Notes under the pieces: model-generated
Told to the model about the DNA's origin: nothing
Database searches by the model: none
Seen by the model: only the letters and a program-made list of their open reading frames with translations
Part shown: piece after piece, positions 23,015 to 37,543 of the stretch
Numbering within the stretch: the stretch's first letter is position 1
How the letters are laid out: each line of letters opens with the position of its first letter
Assembly: GCF_001194135.2 (NCBI RefSeq)
Contig: NC_068981.1
Coordinates: 70,352,618 to 70,416,617, forward strand
Length of the DNA stretch: 64,000 nt
Reading direction: 5' to 3'
Source of the DNA: Octopus bimaculoides
Taxonomy: Eukaryota
Translations under genes and position numbers: made by a program

Positions 23015-26000
23015 GCGAGATTGCTTTACCTTTACATGGCATTATTTAATGTTATATGTTTATCAAAGCAGGAATAGTAACAGTTGATTGTATACTTACC
23101 AAAATTATTTTTGAATTTTGTTTCTAAATCTTATATACGAGTTTTATGTATGATTATCTCTACGTGGTTCCATTACCTATACAAAAAGAGGCTTTATCCA
23201 TTCCCTGTCATTCCAAAATACGAAAATCTGTATGCAATTAGCTACAGGCAAATAATGAAATGCAATAGAATCAAACCAAGCGAAACTGTGCTTAACGAGC
23301 CAGGTATCGTTTGAAAAGCACCTGACAGGACACGCTTGTTTCTTTCAACCAGTTGTTTAGAATCTCACCCGCGAGAGACAGATTGGTTGAAGTGATAGTT
23401 GTGATTAATAAAGTATCTCACGAATTCCATTTTCTCTTCCTCTTATTTGTTATATACAAATACATTTATACACACACAAACACACAAACACACACGCGCA
23501 CGCACGCACACACACAGATATATATATGTGTATGGATATATNNNNNNNNNNNNNNNNNNNNNNNNNNNNNNNNNNNNNNNNNNNNNNNNNNNNNNNNNNN
23601 NNNNNNNNNNNNNNNNNNNNNNNNNNNNNNNNNNNNNNNNNNNNNNNNNNNNNNNNNNNNNNNNNNNNNNNNNNNNNNNNNNNNNNNNNNNNNNNNNNNN
23701 NNNNNNNNNNNNNNNNNNNNNNNNNNNNNNNNNNNNNNNNNNNNNNNNNNNNNNNNNNNNNNNNNNNNNNNNNNNNNNNNNNNNNNNNNNNNNNNNNNNN
23801 NNNNNNNNNNNNNNNNNNNNNNNNNNNNNNNNNNNNNNNNNNNNNNNNNNNNNNNNNNNNNNNNNNNNNNNNNNNNNNNNNNNNNNNNNNNNNNNNNNNN
23901 NNNNNNNNNNNNNNNNNNNNNNNNNNNNNNNNNNNNNNNNNNNNNNATAAAACAAATAATAAATGAGTATGTGCATATATACGTACAGGTCTGTGCATAC
24001 CTACGTCTACCTGTATATATAGGTGCATATCTGGGTACAGGACATTCCATGGCTCTTCCCATGGACCACAAATTAAATTTGTATACACAAATTAAACCTG
24101 TGCCATGGAGGAATGTCGTGGCGGACAAAAAACAAGACAGGAAAACAAACGGAAAAGGCTATGCGGCCAGACCTGAAAAATTATGTGTATATGAACGCTG
24201 TGAGGCACGAACTGAAAAAGACGGGACGAAGTAAGTTCGCGTGTTTGCTTGGCGATAGCCAAGGAAGAAAAGGATTAGTGACGGGAAGCATGTGACCAGG
24301 GAGGGATAAGAGAGAGAGAGAGAGAGAGAGAGTGGTAGAGGGAGAAACTAGGGGAGGAGGTAGAAGAATAGGTGAGCAACGAGAGAAAGAGAGGAAGAGA
24401 GAAATATAGTAGTAACAGAAGGAAGAACGAGAGGGGAAAGATAGATACGTAGTAGTAACAGAGGAATAAGGAGAGGGGGGGAAGTGATAGAGAAAGAGAT
24501 AGAGTCGCGTCAGAAAATATAAAGTTGAAAAAACTACTTACAACAGGGATGACGCAGGCGTTCGATCATGTAAAACAAATAATAAATGAGTATATGCATA
24601 TATACGTACAGGTCTGTGCATACCTACGTCTACCTGTATATATAGGTGCATATCTGGGTACAGGACATTCCAAACAAAACGTAGACAAGAAAATAATAAT
24701 AACCAGAGTACAGAAAACACACAAACCTTCATCAGCTACCCNNNNNNNNNNNNNNNNNNNNNNNNNNNNNNNNNNNNNNNNNNNNNNNNNNNNNNNNNNN
24801 NNNNNNNNNNNNNNNNNNNNNNNNNNNNNNNNNNNNNNNNNNNNNNNNNNNNNNNNNNNNNNNNNNNNNNNNNNNNNNNNNNNNNNNNNNNNNNNNNNNN
24901 NNNNNNNNNNNNNNNNNNNNNNNNNNNNNNNNNNNNNNNNNNNNNNNNNNNNNNNNNNNNNNNNNNNNNNNNNNNNNNNNNNNNNNNNNNNNNNNNNNNN
25001 NNNNNNNNNNNNNNNNNNNNNNNNNNNNNNNNNNNNNNNNNNNNNNNNNNNNNNNNNNNNNNNNNNNNNNNNNNNNNNNNNNNNNNNNNNNNNNNNNNNN
25101 NNNNNNNNNNNNNNNNNNNNNNNNNNNNNNNNNNNNNNNNNNNNNNNNNNNNNNNTATATATACTCATACATACACAAACAAACACATGCATACAAACTA
25201 CGCTTGCATAGGCACACAGGTATCTACCTAACTTTTACCCTCCTCTTCCCTTACATACTATCGTGCGTTCGCATTTAATAAGATTAGTTCGATGATGTTT
25301 TCGTATGATAATTGTCGGACTGATTCCTATCCAAATAAATATGAAGGTGAACAAAGGAAAAAGATATAAAGTATAAAACATAAATTTTACCTGAGGATGT
25401 CGCAGATAAAAATGTATTAAAACGATTTGAATGTCTACTAATACACGCACTACTATTAGAATATTTTATGAATTTTATATGCTTATCCTATATATACATA
25501 TATTAGTATGAGTATATACCTTCAGAATTGTTTTTACGGCTTTTACCTAATATTATATATAACATGCACTAAAATAAAAATGCAAATTAGATTTTTTTGC
25601 AAAAATTTTAATGGATTTTAAATTAGAAGAAATATATACGTATGACATATGATCAATTTTATAGGAAAAAGTGTGTATGCACACACATATACACAACACA
25701 TACACACTCGCTAATATATATATATATATATATATATAAGTATATATATATGTATATATGTATGCATGTATATACATACATATATATTTACATACATAAA
25801 TATAATACTATATACCTGTAGTATATTTATGTGAAGACAAATTATTATACATAGATTTATACACATACATATATGTATGTGTGTGGGGGGGGCGTGTACA
25901 AATGCATGTATGCCTGTATGTATGTCTATATGTGCGTATGCATGCATGTATGTACATATGTAGGTATGTTGGTAGGTAGGTAAGTAGGTAGGTAGCTAGC

Positions 26001-28054
26001 TAGCTAGGTAGATAGGAATGTACTTATGTGTGTATGTACGTACGTACGTATGTATGTGTGTGTGTATGTATGTATGTATGTTTGTATTTATGCATAAAAA
26101 CGCATACTTAAATGGCAATGCATTCTTAGGGATGGAAATATTTCCTGTTAAGGAAAAATGCGAAAGAAATTGCTACGTAGCATTAATAGCCTATTAATCA
26201 TAATTTAATGCTATTTATTTCTACTATTTCCAATGTCTGTTTTAATAATTCTAATATTGTATATAGTAACTATTGATTCAATATAAATAGCGAATATTAT
26301 TTTGTTTGCTTCATTGCCTCTTAAAAGGTATATTTACACACATACAAAAATGAAGATACATAAATATGTTCGCTCATCCTATAAAGCTAGCAAGATGTTA
26401 GATTTGAAGAAAAATATTTATCAGCACACACGACATTGATTTATATGAATTAGCATTTAACGTATCGATTTTCCCTTCTACCTGATACTGTAGAGATATA
26501 TTTCATATCAGAAAGCGACGTAGACGAACAAAAGCCAACTTAATAGTATAATTCATCATACTTGTTCAACAAACACAAAGTAACAACACCTTATGAAAAG
26601 AAAACGACTGTAGAATCATTATATCTTATCCTTCTCAAAATACGAGGCGTATATGGACAGAGAAGTTTAAGCTGGATAATGAAACCCATAGAGAAAACGA
26701 ATTTTAAAGATATTTTGCCAATAAACTGGGAATATAAATCTCAACCCAGCAAAGGTCTATTCGATTTCAGATCTTGAGATATGTGCTGTAACTGCGACTG
26801 AAAAATGTACTGTAACTCTTCAACTGATGTAAGTTTTCAAAGTCATATTGAGCGGTTTGAGTATCGCTGAATACATATATTGATGTAGTTATTCAAAACA
26901 CACGCACTTAATACATTCTTGTTTCACTTCCTTATTCTTCAACAATATTAAATGTGTTTATTATGGTATCAGGTGTTGGTGCAGCACAGCTAAATGAACG
27001 GGAATGTGAGAATATTAGTGATTTTGGCATGATATTATTACTACCGCTGTCTGAGACAGTTCTCCGTCAGTATTTTACATTGACTATATATTTTACAGCG
27101 AAAAATATCTACTGATAAAGTTATCACCTTAAATTGTTTCAAAATTTTAATATAGAGAAACCTAAATGACCAAATTTGTAAAAGATTTATATCATAATTG
27201 AATATAATATCTAATTACAAATTGAACTTAAGATCTAAAGAAATGTTTTTTTGTTAAATGTTTTATAAAATCATTTAGAGTAAATATTCTATATGTGCCA
27301 TCTACATAGTTACAAATATTGAAAGTGGAGCGTAAATTTCAAGATCAAGAGGTAGTCGTAAGTATTTTGGAACATCCTTCATTACAATTTCTAACCTTGC
27401 AATAGCAATTAATATAATAGATGAAGGGGGTGTACGAATTTGGGTAATGATTGCAGTTAGAACACTTGATGATTAAAATCGGTACCACATGGGGGCTTTT
27501 TGTGTATTTGGCACCGGTGAAAGAAGAAAGGACCATATGGAACTTTCAATGTCACATGTCTGTGAAAACAAACTATGTGAAAATTGGTTTGATAAAAGTA
27601 TGTCACTTTATATATTTTTGTCTTGTTATTGCGAAATGCTTTTGCCTATTACCTAAGATTTTCTCTCAATTTAAGGATAACTATATCATAATTTGTAATT
27701 CCACGTGTTGTATGACGAAATGTTAGTACCAAGAATGAATTAGGTACTTCATCTAACAAAATGCAAGTGAATGTGAGAAAATAGATTTTAACGAGGGTTC
27801 CATTCATTTTCTAGGTTTATATTGCTTGTTTGCTTATGTTGCTTGTTTGCTTATGTTGCTTGTTTGTTTATTTACCATGAGAGAAACTCTATGATAAATA
27901 CCACAGTAAAGTCTTTTCTAGCAGAACCTCCACTTTCAAGAGGGAAGAAATATTACCGGTCGGTATTAATACTGCTTCTGTCGCTAATATATCGTTTTAA
28001 ACAAGTTAACTGGCTAATCGCAATACTATTGCCTGTTCTGGTACTAATTTTCTA

Positions 28055-28189
28055 TATATCACTAGCGGGGAGATAAGTCGCTAACGGTCGAGCATCCATC
28101 ACCGATGAGATTAAGGAAGATCGAATTTATGTGTCATGGTGGTCTCGGCGCTGAAGTTGGTGGAGAGTTATCTCCCCGCGTGTGATATA
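28055..28189. mobile_element. ~135-bp MITE-like element with ~24-bp terminal inverted repeats
   Basis: TATATCACTAGCGGGGAGATAAGTC versus the reverse complement of the right end, TATATCACACGCGGGGAGATAACTC. Confidence 0.6.
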
Positions 28190-28292
28190 AAGACGCAAGC
28201 ATGCATTCTACACCAAAACCCGTATAACAGTTTGTTTTATAACAAATACCGCAGTAATTATTTTCTTACTCTTCGAATTGTGTCCCTACACC

Positions 28293-28500
28293 TTACATGA
28301 ACAAATACTGTAGACTTTTTGACTTCAGTGTACATCTTGTCCATTGTCTTAATTCTTCAACACAAATTAGGCAAGCCTTATAAGGAGCCCACTTCTGACC
28401 TTGGTCTCCTAATTTCACCCCAAAGTAGGCTGAGTGACGGTTTTTGACAAATTTAGTAATGTTTCCCTGAAGCTTCTTAGTCATAAATTTGTCACAAATG
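28293..28500 (-). pseudogene. N-terminal fragment of a Chapaev (CMC)-like transposase
   Basis: ITKFVK..AYFGVKLGDQGQKWAPYKACLICVEELRQW matches the 'YFG..LGDQDKxWAPHxxCxxCxxxLxxW' pattern I recall for Chapaev3 transposases. Confidence 0.6.
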
Positions 28501-28817
28501 AAGCAAAATTTATGCGGGTTTGATGTGAAATGATGTGGAGGTCATTAAGGAAAGGGGAAAGAGAATCTTTTTTAACAGCGTATATTTGATTTACCATCAA
28601 AATGTATACATACATTTAAAGAAGCATGTGACTACCCGAGAAGTTCATCACCACATCTTTATTGTGTCATATTCTACATTAAAATGTAGCATATGATCAA
28701 ACAAAATGTAACATGATGCAATAAAACAATGTATGTAGCATATATCGGGAAGAGTCTTGACGAAATAAGTGAAATAAAAAAATTAAAAAGAAAAAGGTTT
28801 CTGAGGGGCGATGCATA

Positions 28818-29160
28818 CCTTGCGCGCACACGAGGTTAAAATAATATTTAATTTAATAAACATAATCCCAGACGAATTCATATTTCAACAAAATGGCATC
28901 AAGAGTTATTTTCCCTGATTATCGTTCATGCTTACATAACAACAATAACAACACAAAATAACATTATGGTTCACCCGTCCGCCAGTTTTGAAGATAAATC
29001 AAACTAAAATTTAATGAGTTTGATCCACTCACCCAAAGGGTATTTCTGCCAAATTTGGAGAAAATCTTTCCAGTCATTTTCCAGTACATTTGCAAATAGA
29101 AAAAACAGACAAAGACGAAAGACTACACTAACATTGCTTCGCTTACGCGCGCAGGGTTAA
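28818..29160 (-). mobile_element. Non-autonomous Helentron/HINE-like repeat (tentative)
   Basis: The minus strand starts TTAACCCTGCGCGCGTAAGCGAAGC, followed by a GTCT-type tract and a GATTTTCTCCAAATTTGGCAG core, as in HINE/DINE-like elements. Confidence 0.4.
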
Positions 29161-29858
29161 AGGTGACTTTTCACACAAGCAAATGACCTTGTAAAGCGCC
29201 TCTGCTTTGTATAACACATGCAGTTGACTAAAGTTAATACACTTTGGTATGTACCTGAAGCAGTCTCAGCATTTCCAGGTTCCTATTCTTAAACTTACGC
29301 TTATTATTTATAGTGCAAATAGTTTATTAAATATGGCAATTAATAGTAATAGTAGAAGACAATATTCAAATACGGGTAGAATGGTAAAATGCAATGAGAG
29401 ATTTTGTGAAATAAATTCAGTGGTTCCGCGGATCCCTGGGATCCGAGAACTCCTGGTGGTCCACAAAAGTTGTACTGGCGAGCCGTGAACTAAATGAAAA
29501 ATTTCATATATAGCCTTATGTGATACATACGGAGTCGAGTTTCTGGGTGGTTACCCGTCCTCAGCGTGTTTTAATCACCAGCTAATGATGAAAACTCTCT
29601 CCACTCGCAAAATACTATATGCTTTTTCCAGCAACAAACAGTTGCCGATCTTGCAAAAGGAAAAATAAGCTATATTAAATCTCTGAGCGAGATGTAAACA
29701 GTAGCAATATGGAATCGTAACATATAATTGCCAACCAAGCGTGGCGTCCAATATGGGATAGTGCTACTGACGTTTATAGCCCAAGGAAGACATCTTTTCC
29801 AGCTGGCTAACGACACATATTATATTCTCTATCTGACTAGTATTTGTGAGGGGAGATG

Positions 29859-29890
<32 letters not shown>

Positions 29891-30681
29891 NNNNNNNNNN
29901 NNNNNNNNNNNNNNNNNNNNNNNNNNNNNNNNNNNNNNNNNNNNNNNNNNNNNNNNNNNNNNNNNNNNNNNNNNNNNNNNNNNNNNNNNNNNNNNNNNNN
30001 NNNNNNNNNNNNNNNNNNNNNNNNNNNNNNNNNNNNNNNNNNNNNNNNNNNNNNNNNNNNNNNNNNNNNNNNNNNNNNNNNNNNNNNNNNNNNNNNNNNN
30101 NNNNNNNNNNNNNNNNNNNNNNNNNNNNNNNNNNNNNNNNNNNNNNNNNNNNNNNNNNNNNNNNNNNNNNNNNNNNNNNNNNNNNNNNNNNNNNNNNNNN
30201 NNNNNNNNNNNNNNNNNNNNNNNNNNNNNNNNNNNNNNNNNNNNNNNNNNNNNNNNNNNNNNNNNNNNNNNNNNNNNNNNNNNNNNNNNNNNNNNNNNNN
30301 NNNNNNNNNNNNNNNNNNNNNNNNNNNNNNNNNNNNNNNNNNNNNNNNNNNNNNNNNNNNNNNNNNNNNNNNNNNNNNNNNNNNNNNNNNNNNNNNNNNN
30401 NNNNNNNNNNNNNNNNNNNNNNNNNNNNNNNNNNNNNNNNNNNNNNNNNNNNNNNNNNNNNNNNNNNNNNNNNNNNNNNNNNNNNNNNNNNNNNNNNNNN
30501 NNNNNNNNNNNNNNNNNNNNNNNNNNNNNNNNNNNNNNNNNNNNNNNNNNNNNNNNNNNNNNNNNNNNNNNNNNNNNNNNNNNNNNNNNNNNNNNNNNNN
30601 NNNNNNNNNNNNNNNNNNNNNNNNNNNNNNNNNNNNNNNNNNNNNNNNNNNNNNNNNNNNNNNNNNNNNNNNNNNNNNNNN

Positions 30682-30740
<59 letters not shown>

Positions 30741-33627
30741 ATGTATATATAAATTATTACGAATAATAGTAGGATGACGAAATAAACTATTAGACCATAG
30801 TTTATTTTCTTATTTAAAAATGTTTACAAAAATGTGAACGCCATGTTTTTACTAATTGATTTGCATTAAGGGATGTATAATATTGCTAGGGGTACATATC
30901 AAATAAGGTTAATTCTGTGCACAGTTTTATTGAATACACAACATTAATAGTTAAACATTGTAAAAAGATTAAGCATAAAAAATTCACGTAACATCGTAAA
31001 ATTCATTTTCAAAATAGCAGCGTAGATTACACCCTATTCTTTGGAATATACAGTTGGAAACTGGCTTCATTTGTACATTGTAAAATATCATTGTTATTAC
31101 TACAAGCTGTTAATAATGAACATCGGAAAAGCAGATGCTAGAGCTGCTTGGAAAATTACATAGATTGTAATGGAATAGATACTCGCAAGTGTATTAGCTA
31201 CAGCATTAGTGTAGGAATTCATGAAGAGTCGAAAAAGTTAAATTTATAAATAAATATACTGTTTCTAGGTAAATGTAAACAGGATTATTGTATAGAACCC
31301 CGTGCTTGTCAATATTACTCGTTCTAAATATTTAAATTTACGGCACCACACGTAATTTATCTACAAGGTTGAGTATCCTTATAACTGAGATATAATTTGC
31401 AATGATATTATGTTGGGCATGTTTACTTTCTAAATGTGATTTCTTTCACACACTGAAGCCGAAATAGTAGATTAGCAAGAAAATTAGTAGATTCACAGAC
31501 GCACCCAGTGTATTTCATTTAAATAGCTAACTTTACATTGGTCACATAACACCTGATTTAGAGAATACCCAACACTGATTTTATGCAAAATCAGCAGCAG
31601 GATTTCAAATCAGTGTTTAAGTAATAATAACTTTTTGTGTTATATTATTCATTATCACAGAATTCCTAACTTGGTTTCTCTCTCATATACATAAATTGTT
31701 ACGTCACTTTACTAGAGCATATTTAAGCCGTGATTTTCTAGACGTACATCACGCTACATACGCAGATAATGAACAAGAACATATCATTTAATATGTTCTT
31801 CATGACCGATAATATTAGATTACTAGAATTTACTAGTAAAAGACTATCAGTATTGTAAATATTTAGAATCTTGTATATTTTTAAGTCTGTAAGGTGAAAT
31901 TATGGAAATATTAACTGAGAGTTAATGAATGAGGAAAAAGCCTGGTTAACAGTTACAGGAATGCTCTTTTTTCTAACTTCTAATCACCTATATCAACAGC
32001 CTGTGAATTAGTGTTTTGTACTGAGATCAGCAACAACGTTACAGTGTGCATGACAAGAAAAGGAAAAGAAGAAATATTGTCATCAAGTGAGCTTGAGTAT
32101 AATGTTACGCTACTTTAATCTGAGAAACGAAATCTTTGTCGTACCAATAAAAGAGAAAGGCTGAAACGACTTGTTTGCCATCATTGGGGTTGTATTCAGT
32201 TAAAGAGTTAGTATTTGTCAATCAGTAGAATAGGATGCTTATCTCTAAATCTACGTTTAATGGTTTTCAGATAACGGTACTTTAAAAATTGATATGAATA
32301 ATACAAATTTCGCCTCTTTTACAATGAACTTTATTCTTATAATGTTCTAGTATCCGAAGGATATTGAAACTGGCGTAATTTTAAGAAGACATCAAACATT
32401 TTTAATTCATGTAAGGATTTAAGACCAAATAATCAAATGTAATGATTCAACATCAAATGATCCGAATCATCGCGAAATTCTAGATTTCACTCGAAGACCA
32501 TACCTGTTAGAAGTGAAAGAGCTTCAGAAGGAATCGACTTCACATGTCTGGATAATACTAGTGATCTACACTAATTAATCGTCATGAGACATTCATTAGG
32601 AAATATTTATTATAAAGAGAAAATTGAACAAAGTTTTGCGTTTCATGTGCAATCACATAAAATCTCATGTTACTTAGATATATTGAAAAACCGTTTCGTA
32701 CATATTTACATAAATTCTTATATTATTTTTATATTTTGCATGTTTGTAGTGAATTAAAAGGAGAAATCAATATCTTATTCATCTGTTACTCACACGTCTC
32801 ATTAAGAGGAGCCATATTTAAAATATGAACAATTTCACTCTTGAAAAATACGTTATCAAGTTAATTGATTTACTCATAAAACCGGCATTGAATATTCGAG
32901 ATTCTCAATAAGTTACTCAATGGAATTTATGCTGCTTTGATTGCTTCCCCTAGGTTTTGTTCTCGACATCATTTTTGATTGTATTTGTTGACATTTATTG
33001 CGAAGCAATGATACAAAACAGACATTGAATCATTAATTTACGTAGGCGATATTTCTGATTCGAAGGTGTGGGGAATAACTTTATTTCATTGGAAATTGTA
33101 TATATTGTATTTACTCTTATACATGCATGCATGCATCCATCCATCCATCCATCCATCCATCCATCCATCCATCTATCCATACATAATACATACATACATA
33201 TATACATATATACATACATACACACATAGTTCTGTGTTTGATAAATTGTCACAATTATTTTATTATTTAATCAAATATGTTTTGTTTAATATTTTCTTGA
33301 TTTACGTTTAAATATTATAGCTTCAAAGAGGTATAATTTCGAATATCGACGCCATTATATTAGTTAATTTTGATGTCACTAACTCATGTAATATTTCGCA
33401 TTTGGGTTTCAAGATGTGTATAAAAGAAGAGTGAAAGTGTGTATACTTACAAGAGTTTTATGCCTTTATATTGTAATATATTATGAGCTATAAATGTAAG
33501 CGTGAAATTATCCAATCTTAAAACTAAAGCACACCAGTTTTTGTTAGACTTATTCTTCAAGATGCGATATAGAGAAATGAATAAAACGTCCTTCCTGTCG
33601 ACAAAATATGGTAGACGTTGCTCATGC

Positions 33628-33855
33628 TCTTTACTCTTTACTTTCTTTACTTTTTTACTTGTTTCAGTCATTTGACTGCGGCCATGCTGGAGCACCGCAT
33701 TTACTCGAGCAAATCGACCCCAGGACTTATTCTTTGTAAGCCTAGTACTTATTCTATCGGTCTCTTTTTGCCGAACCGCTAAGTTACGGGGACATAAACA
33801 CACCAGCATCGGTTGTCAAGTGATGTTAGGGGGACAAACACAGACACACAAATAT

Positions 33856-33915
<60 letters not shown>

Positions 33916-34082
33916 CTACGACGGGCTTCTTTCAGTTTCCGTCTACCGAATCCACTCACAAGGCTTTGGTCGGCCCCAGGCTATACGAGAAGACACTTGC
34001 CCAAGGTGCCACGCCGTGGGAATGAACCCGGAACCATGTGGTTGGTAAGCAAGCTACTTACCACACTGCCACTCCTGCGCCT
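33628..34082 (-). mobile_element. tRNA-derived SINE family A, full length, least diverged copy
   Basis: A-box and B-box-like head (GGTTCATTCCC), CTTGGGCAAGTG CORE-like block, internal (TA)n(TG)n, and a (GTAAAAG/GTAAAGA)n tail. Confidence 0.92.
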
Positions 34083-35399
34083 ATTGAATAATTCAATAAT
34101 TGTTTAATTTATTTGACCACATGATACAAGCTGCATTTTAATCATCGTCATGTATTGTCAATATACATGCCCTTGAATTAATATTTCTAGATATTATGAC
34201 TCTATATTCCTACACACGCTGACATTTTTCTGAAATTGAACTCACGTTGTAATTTACATTTCCTTATTCCAAGACATATATGTGGCATTGTTTTCACCGA
34301 ATTTGTAACTCAACTGCAAATTCTGTAAAGTGATGCTTCTATGAAAAATATTAACAAAGAAGTGATTATTCACAAGCAAACCAAAACTCATTAATTGTTT
34401 GTTGAATCTGCTATAAAGAACAGCTAAGTATATATTCCAAGTTCAAGTCCATCGTATATAAGCAGTCAGAAACAAGAGACTTGATGAAGATCGGTCATAA
34501 AGATTTTAGCATGGTTGGATATTTGTAAACACTGACACAACTGAAAATAGAGGTAATGGTCGGATAAAATTATAGTATCATTAACAACCGATCTCGAACA
34601 TTATACAAAAATTCTTACGTTACATTAAAACATAAAATACAACTTAATTGTATTAAGAGTGAAATACGTTTACTGAGTAATATTTGAAGAAAACTTATAC
34701 ATCCAAACAACAAACGTTCCTCAAGTAGTGTTGCCGATGTAATTCAAAACATAATTCTAGTAGGATTGAAAATGCTGTTGCCATTCATTAGAACATCGGC
34801 TTGTTAGTGCTTGTGAGCACTAACAAGTGAGGTGCGATGAAGGCGTATTGACGAATATTACCAGAAAAATGGATGCAAGAGGAAATTAAGAAGCTCATGT
34901 TAAAATGTAAAGAAAGTGTATACTATTATGATATATTATTATGAAACCATTAAATTGGAATATTGCGGTTGGTTTTACTTAGTTCATTCCTTCTCTGTCA
35001 CTGGACAGTCGACAATTAGCTAACTTTGTTGGTAATATTAATACCATGTCAATAAAAAAAAGTGTCCACATGTTCTAATACCATTAAGAGATGTCAATGA
35101 GGTATATCATCTAGAAAAATATAGTGTGCCGAGGTGTTACTACCTTAGATATGTTCTTGACGACACCAATCGACACGACCCTACGTTTACTTACGATAAT
35201 CCTTAAAAACATAGTTTTAACTCCACATTATATAGTTACATCATAGCAACAGCGTAGGTGAGCTCTCTCGGAGCCGAATCAAAAATAGCTTATCAGACAT
35301 CAGTTTAAGATACTTAACTTACCGTAAGTTTATTAGTATCCCTGCATCTTACTACTCTATAAACAGACTATTATTTTAATAATTGTTTTTGATATAGAC

Positions 35400-35580
35400 A
35401 TAATGCCTGAAATCGGAGGAAGGACCCTAGTCGATTATCGTTCTTGATTTGTAGATTATTTATCGATCCAGGAGATGTGAAGTGTAAATCCCTGTGGGAA
35501 TCGAACTCAGAAAGTAATAAGCCGATCTAAGACCGCTTAAGTATTTTTACCCGATGTGTTAACGATTCTGCCAGTTCGAA
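35400..35580 (-). mobile_element. SINE family B, degenerate
   Basis: The reverse complement resembles 45541-45755 (CTGGCAGAATCGTTA..TAAGCGG..CTGAGTTCGATTCC..TCGATAAATAA). Confidence 0.65.
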
Positions 35581-36895
35581 TGAATTATTCTTAACGTGTG
35601 ACAGAAATTTTTGAATGTAAAATTGCTTCCATAATGAAATGCTAACCGCATCTCTCGTTTGAGTCATATATTAAATCCAACACAGTAAAGAATTATATTA
35701 CACACAACACATTGTATCAGTCGCATTCCCCCTCCACCCCACCCCCAAAAATTGAGAATTACAAAGCTCTTTCAGTTGAACGATGATATTATCCGAATTA
35801 ATGAAGCATAAAAGATTTTTAAATTTGATTAAGTAAAATTATTATCTTTTTATTATACTTGAACAACATATTTTATCATGGACGCTACGGATTTTTGGAA
35901 GCCACATGTCTTACAAATCTTGTCCATAATCGAATAATAACACAAGTTAAATGCTATAGCTATCTGTCTATTTTCTGTCTTTCTTTTCTTTTTTTGCAGA
36001 GTTTGATGTGTGTGTTGGTACAAAAGAATGGATTATGAATTATTCTTTGGATAATATTTTGAATTAAATCATGAATAATTACTGATTTTATTTAAAACCA
36101 GATTGGATGCAGCTAGACTGTAATGAAATAATTAAATAACTGCAGTTAAATTTTTTAAACATTGCATCGTTGACCAAACAGAGAAAGGTTACAGATTATT
36201 GTATATTTAAATCTGAAAGCTGGCGCACAAGTGGGAAAGGAATATGTCAATGTTGTATTTACATAGTTAGGAATAATAATATCCAAAATGGAACAAATAA
36301 GATAAACGATAATAATATTGGTACAAAAAGAAAAAAAAAACATTGATTTCTAGAAATAATCGAAAGAACTACACACACTTTGCAGCAAGTTGAATGCATA
36401 ATACTATAAAAATATTCAACAAATCAAAGCAGATGTACAATGTACCTGTCAATATCAACTTCCGTCAACCAAATGCAAGTGTATACGTCCAACTTTGAAA
36501 TGAGATACAGATGAATATGCAATCAGATTTTGCGTGTGTAATACTCGCCATATTTATATGCATAAAGTATACAAAGATATATGTAGTCTATACATCTGTA
36601 TGTATATACTTTAACTATATGCCTGTATATGTATTTGTGTACGGGAAGTGCATTTTTGCAAATTAAAGCAGTTACAGACACACATAATAGATAATTTAAA
36701 TAATCAATAGAAGTTAAGATATATTCCAATATAAAGTAACACATCTGGGGAATATTTTTGCCTGAGAATATATATCACATCTTCGAGATAATGTCGATCA
36801 CAGAGTATTAAAGTAGAAGTGTATTATTCAGAAGCTTTATTTAAATATCAACAGGAGAATTCTGGAAACATACATACAGTAAATACATGTGTATA

Positions 36896-36941
<46 letters not shown>

Positions 36942-37477
36942 NNNNNNNNNNNNNNNNNNNNNNNNNNNNNNNNNNNNNNNNNNNNNNNNNNNNNNNNNNN
37001 NNNNNNNNNNNNNNNNNNNNNNNNNNNNNNNNNNNNNNNNNNNNNNNNNNNNNNNNNNNNNNNNNNNNNNNNNNNNNNNNNNNNNNNNNNNNNNNNNNNN
37101 NNNNNNNNNNNNNNNNNNNNNNNNNNNNNNNNNNNNNNNNNNNNNNNNNNNNNNNNNNNNNNNNNNNNNNNNNNNNNNNNNNNNNNNNNNNNNNNNNNNN
37201 NNNNNNNNNNNNNNNNNNNNNNNNNNNNNNNNNNNNNNNNNNNNNNNNNNNNNNNNNNNNNNNNNNNNNNNNNNNNNNNNNNNNNNNNNNNNNNNNNNNN
37301 NNNNNNNNNNNNNNNNNNNNNNNNNNNNNNNNNNNNNNNNNNNNNNNNNNNNNNNNNNNNNNNNNNNNNNNNNNNNNNNNNNNNNNNNNNNNNNNNNNNN
37401 NNNNNNNNNNNNNNNNNNNNNNNNNNNNNNNNNNNNNNNNNNNNNNNNNNNNNNNNNNNNNNNNNNNNNNNNNNNNN

Positions 37478-37543
<66 letters not shown>

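Noticed and set aside
23947-24672. ~100-bp direct duplication (23947-24050 versus 24571-24672, one mismatch)
   Set aside because: The first copy abuts an assembly gap and the second lies 70 bp from another, so a mis-join or haplotype artefact is likely. Long reads are needed.
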